Below are positions 24,693 through 36,200 of a stretch of 64,000 bases of DNA, piece after piece (the first letter of the stretch is position 1; each line of letters begins with the position of its first letter). The stretch spans positions 7,256,001-7,320,000 of the forward strand of contig NC_087251.1 in the NCBI RefSeq assembly GCF_037042905.1, given 5' to 3'. The translations under genes and the position numbers were made by a program. This stretch comes from Lytechinus pictus. Taxonomy: Eukaryota. The notes beneath the pieces were generated by a model. The model was not told the DNA's origin and did not search any database. It saw only the letters and a program-made list of their open reading frames with translations.

Positions 24693-27230
24693 CTAGAGTT
24701 CCCATTCATCTTGGACATGCACAGGAACGGCACTTCTCTGCCTCCTGACACTTGGTGATGCAGTCTCTAAAGGATTCCTTGGAGATCTAGGATATCTCTT
24801 TGGGGTTCTGTTATCCCTCTCTGGTGTTAGCCTGCCCTTGGATCTTGCTGGGGATGGAGATTTAACAAGTCTCTTGACTGGTTTGACAGGTGATCTGTGT
24901 TTGATGTTGACTGGTCTTCTACTGCTGCTTGGAGTACGCAATCTCACATGCTGTGCAAGATGAACCGGTGTCAGAGGGGTTGCTAGTCTTGGGTCTAATG
25001 GAGCTGGTTTCCTGGTCCTGTGCAGCTGTGGCGAGTTGTTATCTCTGAGCGGCTTAACCAGAGGCAGACTGGATGCTTCTTCCTCCACCTCGAAAGCCTT
25101 CTCTTTTTTGAGTTTAGCAAAAGAATCACTCTCCTGGAAAGCCATTTTCTGACGTTGAGATACAGGACGTCGTCTTCTAATGGATGCTGGAGTAGAAAGA
25201 TTCTCTTTGTTGTTGGGTATGGAAACATTCTGCATAGATTTGACATTCCTTACAGGTCTTACAGGAGGTCTGTTGACAGAGGTTGGAGTACTGATGTCAA
25301 GCATGGATTGGGAACTCTGAATAGGGCGGCTTTCAATGGAAATTGAAGCAGAATATTCTTCTTTGGGGGTTGAGATATTCTCCATAGATGAACTGATTTT
25401 CTTTAAGGATGCTTTTGTCTCAACGGCTGTCAAGAATGATTCATTCAGGTCTCTGCTTCTTGTTGACATTGGATGCCTGGAAGTTTGAAATTCAGATATA
25501 CCACTGTCCATACTGGTTGATTTGGTCAATGGTGTCAGGGGTTTGGAGACTGTTGTCGTTTCCTTCTGATTGTGTGCACTTTTCTTCCTCATACTACCTT
25601 GGGCGCAAACAGAAATGTCACTATTACTTGTAGAAAATGAGTTAAAGAGTTGAATATTAGCTTTGACAATGCTCGAGTTCTTTCTCCTTTTTTTACCACA
25701 ATGAACAGGCAGGGTTGTTGATTTCTTCATGTCTGCCTTGAGGGCAGCATTTATCAAATTCTGCAGGTCACTATCACTTGTATTGTTGACGCTTAGTGGC
25801 ACCTTAAATGTGTCGTCTTTATTGACTTGGCCTTCTCCAAAGCTCATAACCTTCCCCATATCATTTACATTTTCATTGCAAGTTTTTAGGTTTTCTTCAC
25901 CTTTGTTTACTTCAATATTCTCTATGACCACTCTATTCATATTTCCCTGTTGATGAGCAATGTCAGTGTGATCCTGTATGTCTTTGCTTGGTACTTGAAC
26001 GTCTTTACTTTGCTTGAGGTCTAGTTCTTTCTGCATTTCTTCCTCTTCATTTCCTTCATCTAAATCGGCATCAAGGCTGTCTTGCTTATTTGGAACCTTA
26101 GGTGGCTGCATTTCTGATTTTTCTTCTGTGATAGCTCCATAGAGATCTTCTATTGAACAACCCTTTCCACTATCAATCGATTCAGATTTAGACATGGTAG
26201 TCTTGCCAGCATCTGGTCTATGCATCACAATCGAGTGCCCTTCAACGATCAAGGATACCTTTACAGTCCGGTTATTCTTTGTGTCTTGTTGAACCGGATG
26301 TGCCATCAGGACATCATCAAAATGTGTTTCTTTTATGGGGATGTTTTTGTGATCAGTTGTATCTAGTGGTTTTCCCGTTTCAACAGGAGATGCACTATGG
26401 AGATCAGTATGGTCTTTTGGTAAATCTTCAACGGCCATCATAGCACCATCATCGCATTCATAAACACAGGGAGAACAGATGGCTGTTTCCATATAAGTAG
26501 TAGCAGGTTGTTTCTCACTGGGTTCTGATGTGAACTGACCAACCTCTGATTCATGGCTACACACATTGATTTCAGATAGCACACTTGATAGACTCTTCTG
26601 ACTTGTAGAAGGTGTCATGTCCTTAGCATGGACTTCATCCTCAGGTGAAATTTTCTGGTCTGCCATTTCTGCGAAATGTTCATCTTCCATTGAGCTTTTT
26701 GTTGCATAGACCATCTGAGCTGCTTTGATCTTCTGCCTGGTGCTATCAGGAATATAGATGGAGGGGCTTGTCCTCTCCTGCCCTAACTTACTACCAATCA
26801 GCTGAGAAGCATGCTCTTGCTGTTTCTTTACATACTCCTTAGTGATGCTTGATTCACTTATCATATTTGTATCTACCACTACAACCTTAGGCGATGCAAT
26901 TTCCCTTTTTTGGGTATCTACAATTACCACCTTTGGGGAATCCCCAGCTGAGAATCTTATAGGCTTCATGGCATCCCACACATCACTCTCGCTATCTGAT
27001 GTGTGGAGCCTTGCAGATGGGTGAAGGACAGGAGAAGCTCCAGTCAAGAGTCTGGCAGGGGAACTGGGAGTTTTGTTATGTCTGCGAGGTCTTCCGGAAG
27101 CATCAAAGTTGGGACTTGGTCGGACTGGATGATCAAAGAGTTTCAAGGTATCTAGGCCTCCCTCTGGTGGTGAAGCATTTGCAAGTCTCCATCCAACATC
27201 TTTACTTTCCTTCCTCTTGTTTCCTTGTGT
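24693..27230 (-). CDS. ARHGAP11A: ARHGAP11A-like terminal coding exon (845 aa, largely disordered)
   Basis: tttcag|ACACAA...CTCTAG; corresponds to the 851-aa ORF in the track minus 6 intronic codons. Confidence 0.92.
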   Translation of the reverse strand, partial: TQGNKRKESKDVGWRLANASPPEGGLDTLKLFDHPVRPSPNFDASGRPRRHNKTPSSPARLLTGASPVLHPSARLHTSDSESDVWDAMKPIRFSAGDSPKVVIVDTQKREIASPKVVVVDTNMISESSITKEYVKKQQEHASQLIGSKLGQERTSPSIYIPDSTRQKIKAAQMVYATKSSMEDEHFAEMADQKISPEDEVHAKDMTPSTSQKSLSSVLSEINVCSHESEVGQFTSEPSEKQPATTYMETAICSPCVYECDDGAMMAVEDLPKDHTDLHSASPVETGKPLDTTDHKNIPIKETHFDDVLMAHPVQQDTKNNRTVKVSLIVEGHSIVMHRPDAGKTTMSKSESIDSGKGCSIEDLYGAITEEKSEMQPPKVPNKQDSLDADLDEGNEEEEMQKELDLKQSKDVQVPSKDIQDHTDIAHQQGNMNRVVIENIEVNKGEENLKTCNENVNDMGKVMSFGEGQVNKDDTFKVPLSVNNTSDSDLQNLINAALKADMKKSTTLPVHCGKKRRKNSSIVKANIQLFNSFSTSNSDISVCAQGSMRKKSAHNQKETTTVSKPLTPLTKSTSMDSGISEFQTSRHPMSTRSRDLNESFLTAVETKASLKKISSSMENISTPKEEYSASISIESRPIQSSQSMLDISTPTSVNRPPVRPVRNVKSMQNVSIPNNKENLSTPASIRRRRPVSQRQKMAFQESDSFAKLKKEKAFEVEEEASSLPLVKPLRDNNSPQLHRTRKPAPLDPRLATPLTPVHLAQHVRLRTPSSSRRPVNIKHRSPVKPVKRLVKSPSPARSKGRLTPERDNRTPKRYPRSPRNPLETASPSVRRQRSAVPVHVQDEWEL

Positions 27231-30200
27231 CTGAAAATTAATCACCAAACAGACATTTAATACAAAGGAAATAAGAAAATGTTATTTGGTCAGTCAAATC
27301 TCCTTGACCTAATGAAATTTACAATACTATAAACACATTTTAACTATAGAAGGTGATGTTCTTTATCAATAGCTGCCACATAAGCAATGTCTTCTAGCAA
27401 AAGGAATATTCTTTACTGTTTTTTTTTAGCGTCATATTCAATGACGGACTTTGCTGGTAATTTAGTAAAATCCCTATTATTTGTATTCCTTTTCAATTTC
27501 ATTGTTGCCTAACATGATTTTGAGGGTAACATCACATCAATAATCCTAAGTCATTTTTTTTCAACTTCCTTCAATTTGATGCAAATTCCTTTTTTACACT
27601 CTGTATATAGTGGTCAGTGTTTGTTCAAGCATTGAATTAATAAATGAATTAATGAATTAAAATTTGATTTTTGATAAATTTACAGATTGTTTGTATGGTT
27701 GATCTGTATTCTTGATTTCACATAATGATCAAGGTAACCAAGAGAATCAACCCTAAAATCAAGCACTCTAATCTTTGTTTTGTGGGGCCTAGAGATTGTC
27801 ATTTTGTCATGGTTTGATGAGTACACTTCATAAACGAAACGTTTGCAAGAATATTCCATTAATACATTATAACACATACCATTTGAATAGTGACAGTATT
27901 CTGTTATAATCTGTATGAAGTTAATATCAGGGTGGACTTTTCCATTTGGAAAGGCATAAATTGCCAAGATAAACTAAAGCCTTACCTTGCTTGGTCTTGG
28001 AGATTTGGTAGAGAATGGTTCTCCATCAAGATTCATTACCAACGATCTCCTAGGATATAGATAAAAAGATGGGAGGTTAAAGAAAGACAGAGACAAAAAT
28101 TAGATATCCAAAACAATTTTAAATAGTTATAAAAATACTTTGATTAATCTTTAGCATGACATTACAGTTTAAATTGTGCAAAAAAGAAAAAACATGCTTT
28201 ATGCCAGTACAGTTAAAGGTCAAGTCCACCCCAGAAAAATGTTGATTTGAATCAATAGACAAAATCAAACAAGCATAACGCTGAAAATTTCATCAAGATC
28301 AAACGTACAATAAGAAAGTTATGACATTTAAAAGTTTCACTAACAGTTCAGTGATATGCTTATGAGAGTCGATGATGTCCCTTACTCACTATTTCTTTTG
28401 TTTTTTGTTTGAATTAAACAATTTTTCAATTTTTACAGATTTGCCGATGAGGAACAACTTGACTGAACCATAAAATGTTAAAACAATGGGAATTCCACGT
28501 TTACGGAGGAAAACAAACTTTGTTTCACACTACAATGAGAAGAAAATTAGTATATTTCATGTTTCATATAATACAATACAAAAGAAATAGTGTGTGGGCG
28601 ACATCATCAGTCCCCATCATTTGCAATATTTTGCATACCGACCAGGATGTGCATATGTGGAGCGTTGTGGCCCAGTGGATTAGTCTTCGGACTTTGAAAC
28701 AGAGGGTCGTGGGTTCGAATCCCAGCCATGGCGTAATTTCCTTCAGCAAGAAACTGATCCACAGTGTGCTGCACTCAACCCAGGTGAGGTAAATGGGTAC
28801 CGGTAGGAAGTAATTCCTTAAAAAGCTGTGTGCGCTATGAACGCCTAGCTTAGCCGGGTAATATAGGAGCGCCTTGAGCACCTAATTACAAGGTGGATAT
28901 GTGCGCAATATAAATACCCTATATTATTATTATTATTATATAACCTTTTTCTGAAATCTAGCGAAACTTTAAAATGTCATAACTTTCTTACTTTTCTTTT
29001 ACATCCAATTTTGTTAAAAACTTTCAGTGTTATGCTTGTTGGATTTTCTGTTTTTATTCAAATCAACTTTTTGTTGGAGTGGACTTGTCCTTTATGACAG
29101 GAGTGGTCACAAATAAAAAGATCTGAAAAAGCTGAAGAGTGTTGAAAAAGTCTGAAACAGAAAGAGCTCCCATACTTTTTGTACAGAGGAAGGCCAAAAA
29201 TAAGCTGAAATTAAGCTGAAAATCTAAACAAAAAAATCTGAAATCAGATCTGAACTCTCACACCCCTGCTTTAAGTTCAAACCTCTATATAATGATATTA
29301 CTCCAAGAATTCTTCTCAGACCGGGATATGCAAAAAATTTCATTCCCAGCTTTAATATTTTGCTTAATTCAAAAGAATTTTTTGGTTCCCAAAACAGATT
29401 CAATTGTCTCTAGACCTATACATGGTAGTCTGGCCTTGAATTAGCAAGTTGTTTGTGTATTGTATCGTATCAATAAAGCAAAAATTCAGGTTTCACACAT
29501 GATTTAGTATCTGCGCTTAGAGAAATTGCTCTAACCCTCCCTTGAGTGCCTCCACTTCTATGCTATGTATCTTCATATTCTCCTACACAACTTGTTTCTT
29601 TGTTTTCTCCCTCAGTCACTCCTCACTTCCAGATCCCCATGTATTTATAAAAAAAAGAACCCTTCATAATAATCACCAAAGTCAATAATAATTAATACTT
29701 TCATAATAGCACCCCGAAAATTAAGGACATCAGTAAGAATATACATCTACCTTTAAAATTATTTGTCTTTACCTTTTTAGTTTTCTTGCACTAAGTTCCT
29801 TGAACCTCTTGAGTTTGCTCTTGGGTGTTCCTTGACACCTGTAATGTCCTTTATGGGTGAACTCACTCCCAGCCAGCCTGCCAGGGGTGTGTCCTGCAAA
29901 GGAGTCATCAGCATACACAATGGATGGTGTATCATACCTGAACAGTGTCTCCCCATCTGCTGTAACAGCATCTGTATTCAGGAGTTAAAAACAAAATAAG
30001 ACAATACATTTCATCTAGAATACACTCTAGTAACATCATGAAAATAAACTGTATTACAAGTCTGGTCAAGATATTGTGAGTTAGATGTATCTGTTGTTCT
30101 GAGGGCATGAATAAAACATGAAGAGCGCCAGCTAGCAACCAAACAATCCATTTATACCTCAAATTCACAACCAAAGTTGGCTCATGTCCACGCAATGTTT

Positions 30201-33200
30201 ACATCATGAGCACAGAATAATTGATTCAGGTAAAGGTAATTGAGAATAGGTTGGAAATTTCTATGCTAGTGTGCAAACCATTATTATGTAACAATAGGAT
30301 TAACATTTTGTGAATTTAAGGTTGCCAAATAATAAGTGATTTCCCTTCACTGTTCAGTGATTTCAATTTAGTAAATTTTCTTAAATTTCATGAATCTATT
30401 TTTTTTCTGATTCTATTTGGAGTGGTCTACTAAAGGCTTGGGTTGTCTTTTGAATTGGATCCAAGCCAATGAAGTCATTAATACATCTAATGTAGAAACT
30501 TGGGATAGCTATATCTGAAGTAATTTTCACTGAATTCCTCTCCATTCAATCAGAGTGTCGATCTGAACATCAAAATTTAATTTCATTAAATATTTTCTGA
30601 ATGATGCAAAATTTGTATTAATGTAACAAGAGGGTAATATCAATTTTTAAGAGGATACATTAAACAAAAGGACATTGTTCAAACCCATTGTGATCATACA
30701 GTTAAAGCGTTATATGTCATTCATATTCATATGATAAGTACCAATAGGAGGGAGCATTTCATTAAGATACTGGAACTCCTTGCATCCGAGTGACTGAGAG
30801 TAAATTAGTCAGGAAAATCGCTGACAAAATTCTTCATGAAATTCTTCCATGGTAAGTAACATACATTTTTTTCCTTTTCTATCTGTTTATTTATTTCCAC
30901 TCATTGGTTGAACACCCTTTCCAGCTGAATACTGGTCTTCTAAGGGATCCAACCAATGATAAAAAAAATTAACAAACAATACTTAAATGATTGATCAGTA
31001 ATGCACTTTTTCTGAGCATGGTGTGATGAATGCAGTAATTTCAGAGTAACAAGGTCAAAGTTGATTTTACCCCTTTCACCAAGAGCTGGTTGATTTGGTG
31101 TTCCTTGGTGAGTCCTATGAAGATGTAAACCAGGTTTGCTAAACTGAGGATCAGTTGTCATCTTGTGCAACAAAGCCTTCCTGAAAAGTAAAAAAAAGAG
31201 GGGGAAAAACCCAAATATGTTAAAATATAAATAACATTTAATTACAGTACACAGATGGAAACTAAGGTTTTACATATAACAGTATCACTCTTTGCCTCTT
31301 TCAAAGATAATTTGTGATTTCATTCCATGTTTTGTTTGATGGTTTCATCTTATGCAAAAAGCTTTCCTTTAAAGTAAGGCAATAAAGCAAAATGAATAAG
31401 AAATATAATTTAAAAAATGAAGTAGAATAAAAAAAAAAAGAGAGAACTAAGATATTGTACTACTGGTCTTTCATATATCATTTGTGATTTAATTTGATTT
31501 TTCCTGTAACAGGATAAATTGCACATCTACAAATTAATGGACAATCATTGTAAACAATATTTATGATTTTAAATTATGGAACATAATACAAGCATTTAGT
31601 GTAAGACAAACATTTTGAGGCAAAGCTGAACTGTGAAAGTTACCTTTTAGTAGAAGTAAATGCACTCCCCAGGTCCTCACTGGCTTTTCGCTTCATTATC
31701 TTGGGAGACTCCGCTAAAATAAGAATAAATTTAGAATAACTCAATAAATTGTTATGCATGCTTGGTTTAAAACCACTTGGTTTTCAGATCGGCTTCCTTA
31801 TTTGGCTAAAATCCATTGGTTCAAATTCAAGAGGTTCAACTAGGAGGGGCTACAAAAATTCCAATATAAAATGTTAGCTATACATACTGGATAAAATAAA
31901 CTTTTCATTAGACCAAGTGAAAGGATGCAGAACTATCCATTCATACCCAGGCTGATCATTGTTTTAATGTGAAGACTTTCAAAACTTGCTGGGATATGGA
32001 GTATCATTTCAAATGTTAGATTTTTTTCAATGATTGCAGTATATGTATCCTCACCTTTTCAAACAAAATATGGCAACTTCAAAGAGGTAAAACTGCTGAA
32101 GTACTTAAAGATATACTCACTTGCATGTGTATCTGTTGATAAGATGTTCTCTGTTGACGATGCTGTTTTCAGAATACCTAAGCTGTGTCCAAGACCACTA
32201 ACAAGTACTTTGAAATAGAATGAATAACATAATGAAGAAGTTACACTTTAGGAGTGAACTGTCACATGTACTGGTATCACAAGATTTGCTACTTCTTTCT
32301 TTTCGGCATTCTTTCTACCATATACCCTAACATGGGACCACTTGGGCAAAACAAATCAACAAAATAAAGAATCTTGTAAACATTTTAGGAGGGGTATGTC
32401 AACAGCCTTTTAGAAGTCATCTGTTTTAACCCTAAAAGGACTCGGCTATTTGAGATGAATTGAGGACGGGGGGGGGGGGGGGGTTCCATGATGGCCCCCC
32501 TTTCTGATCTTGGCCGCCGTTCACACGATCACGCCAAAATTTGGCACGCACACTCTTTACCACATAAACTACAAGCTCGTATAAAAAAAATTATGAAAAT
32601 AATATTTTTTTTATTTATTATTAATAAAATATGCAAATTTATTCATGAAAAACATTATTTGCATATTTGACACCTAATTTCACTTCAAATTTTCTTCTTT
32701 TTTGCAGATGTCATCTCTGTAATCTAATTTAAAGGTTTCCACAAAGAAAAATTGTGAAAACACATTTTTTCCTTATGTATTTCTTTGTTTTTAGAATTTC
32801 TTATGTATTTCCTTGTTTTTTAATCTTTTGTTTTTTATTGTTTTTTTCAATGAAAATTATTACAGACCATTTAACAACTAAATTAAACCCTAAATTAAGC
32901 AGACCAATTAGAATGAAAAATAATCACCCTTATATGATTTTCATCTCCCATAGACTTTGTACACAAAGAATAAAATTGAGCAATTTTCGGCATGACATTG
33001 TCTCGTAAAAAGTCATGTGACGTCGCGATGCTATACCCGTATGTCAAGAATTTGGTCTCAAAAGTTGCGCGAGACTTCAAAAAAATAAGTCATACAATTT
33101 TAGGGCGCTATCTTTTTGCGTTTCGGAAATATAGCGCGAAGCGTCGAGGGGGGGCCATCATGGCGCCCCCCAGTCCTTTTAGGGTTAATGTGAAATCAAA

Positions 33201-36200
33201 ATGTTAAAAACAAGAGGGAATTAATATAATAAGATGCTCACTAGGCCTAGAAACAAATCCCAAACCCACTAACTGAATAACTCAAAAATTACTATTCAAT
33301 TTATTATAATATCTCAAAATATCATAGGTAAAAGCCAGTAATTATGGGAGAATGTTAGTCAGTTTTATGGCAAACATTCATTATAGACCATGACTAATTT
33401 GTACCTATATAGCTCTTTATAAAAGCATCACATAGTGAGACAAACATTTTTATTTCACTTATCAATTACTTTTCATTGTTTTTAATACCAACTTACACTG
33501 CCTAGCATATATATCGCTTTTCACCATGGGATAAACATTTTATGGTGAAAAGAGTGATATTCCCCATTTGCTGTGAGTTATTTGACATCAAGCTGAAGCT
33601 CTACCCAGAGTTATGATTTTTCAGAATAAATGCTTTGGAGTATTTTGGTCTACACACTACAAAGCACTTTAACAAAGAGCGTAATATACGATATACCTTG
33701 GAATGATGGTCCACTCTTTCTGCGTCGTCTGGACAATCTCCCACTCTCTTCTAGATTATCATCACTCTTTTCAAGCTCATCTTCTGATGTAAGACGATCC
33801 AGATTTTCTCTGGATTGGTTATGTCCTGTGATCTTCTCTATCATCCAGTCAGGCACCTCACCAATCAGCCTAGCATTCTCAATCATTAAACTAACCATAC
33901 TTGTCTGTAATCCAATCATCTTTTCTGGGTTCTTCTTATCAAGTGCTGTAAATGACCCAAATAAGCTGGGTGTGAACACCTTGGCAAGGTTGGTTACATC
34001 CATGCGGTTTTTCTCTGACTTGGAAGCAACACGGTGCAGGAAGAATGCAGTGAAGCGCAGGGTCTGAACATTGAGTGATGGCAAGAGATGGCAGATGTTA
34101 AGAATGACCCATCGCTGCTCTGCAATGTCTTCAATCAGTGAGCACTTGTAGAAGGCACTCTGGAGTTTAGATGATATAAGTGGCTCAGGGAGGTTGTGGA
34201 AGAAGTATTTGAAGAGACTGCAAACATCAGCTGGATTAGCATCATTAGGAATGCAAGATCCATTTTCTAGGTTTTTCTAATGGTCAGGTGGATGAAAAGA
34301 AACAAAAAAATTACTTGAACAGATATTCAGGTTAAAGCAAAGATATGAAATTCTATAAAAAAAACAGAAATTATGAAAATTATTATACTCACGAAATAGC
34401 AAGTTACTGTATACCAAAGCCTATATCAAGTTCAAAATATACTCATCTACAAAGATTATATATGTATTGCTTATGACATACACATTTCTTGAGAAACTTT
34501 CATCTACTTTTTTTAGCATACAGTTTGGGAAATAACTATAACCACTTTCCTCCTAAACTGATCTGATCATTTACAGACTGTCAAACCTGCTTAGCCTTCC
34601 CAATGAGTTTGGTTTCCTTGATTTTCTTCAATGAAACTTGTATTACAAGAACCTTTCCATGAAGATCACCTGCTCAGAGAGACTACATTTCTTGTCTCAC
34701 TTCGGCTGTCTATATATACCTGTAGGGTAAATGTTTTATAAGGCTTTTTGTGAGTTGTGCACAACTTTAAGAGCGTCTGGTGACCTATTCTTGCATGAAA
34801 TAAAGATTCTCAATAATTTGTATGATTTACCATCAGCTAAAATTGATTATTCAATCTCTTAAAATTAAAACATCTGTTCCTAACAAGCAGGGAAAACTTG
34901 GGTCTATCTCAGTTTAGCACCAAAAGGGACACAAGTTATGCATATCTTACAAACAGCTGTTTCAACTGTGCCTTTTCACTGTCATTCATCTACTTTCAAT
35001 CCATTAATCCACACATACTTGCCTACTCTGGAAGCCAAGAAATAAGAACAAGCTGCTAAGAAATTTCCAGAAATAGGAACATTCTTAAATTTCATTTTCA
35101 ATACTACATATATTTTTTCATGGGAAATGGCAACTTTCTTTTCCCTAAAATAGGAACATTCCCATTTAATAGGAACACTTGGAAAGTACACTATATGCAC
35201 ACATGAACTTATGGAGTGTATAATTATAACTGATCGGCAATAGGATTATATAAACCTGTAGATCTCTCTGTCTAGATTTGGAACCAGAGATGCGAAATAT
35301 GCCCTCCATGTCCAGATGATCATCAAGAAACTTTGTGCACTCCAATAGAAATCTGAAAATAAATATTCCATTCATTACAGATATGAATATCAGAAGTTAA
35401 TAAGAATTAGTATTCTTTTTTTTGGGGGGTCCTTGTCATGCTGCTAAACTAGTTTAACTAAATACATGTGGAAAATATATGATAGGTCAGTAATCATTAT
35501 AGCAGCATGCTCAAACTGAACCATGTCACTAAATTTAGATGAACAAGGAAAAAAAGGAAAAAAAGAAGATATTAACAATAACAAATGCATCCACTTGATA
35601 TTTTTCACTTCAAATTCATATGTATTCAAGCTCAATATAAAATCAAACTGTAAAGGCCACCGCACACCTTACGACTGTTCGCGATCCGATTTTGGAACAA
35701 ATCGCATTTTGCTCATTTTCTGAAAATGTGAATGGAACATATCATTTATTTGAGGTTAAAATTAATTGAAAGAATACTAATATAACCATTTTGAAAAATT
35801 GCAAGCCTTTATTTTGGAGTAAAGGCCAAATTAGTTTCAAATTGTAGCCAATTGTACGACTGCTATGACGTCATTACGACTAGATATCAATTTCGCTTTT
35901 ATTCTAAGAAGGATGATAGCATAGTTACAGATTTGAACATAGGTATTCGTACGATGATTTCGAACATTACACAGTAAGATATTCCAAGTCTCAATATTAG
36001 ATCAAATTCTACTACATTTTATTCTGAAATCTGGTCGCAGACCAATCGTAAGGTACAACCCAAATCAATTCCTACAATCATTTTTTTTTTAAATACCTTC
36101 ATACAAGTTATGTATTTTTTGTACATTTTTCTGCAATGTTTTTCTCACCTTGGAATATGGCATCGAGATTCCTCATCTTGTACAAGTAGACAGGAATGTA

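Noticed and set aside
28657..28732. Possible tRNA gene
   Set aside because: A and B boxes are present, but there is no proper acceptor stem or T-run terminator, and it continues into a SINE body and tail.
33630..34067. 145-aa + strand ORF and other short ORFs antisense to RhoGAP exons
   Set aside because: Shadow ORFs of the real - strand coding sequence.
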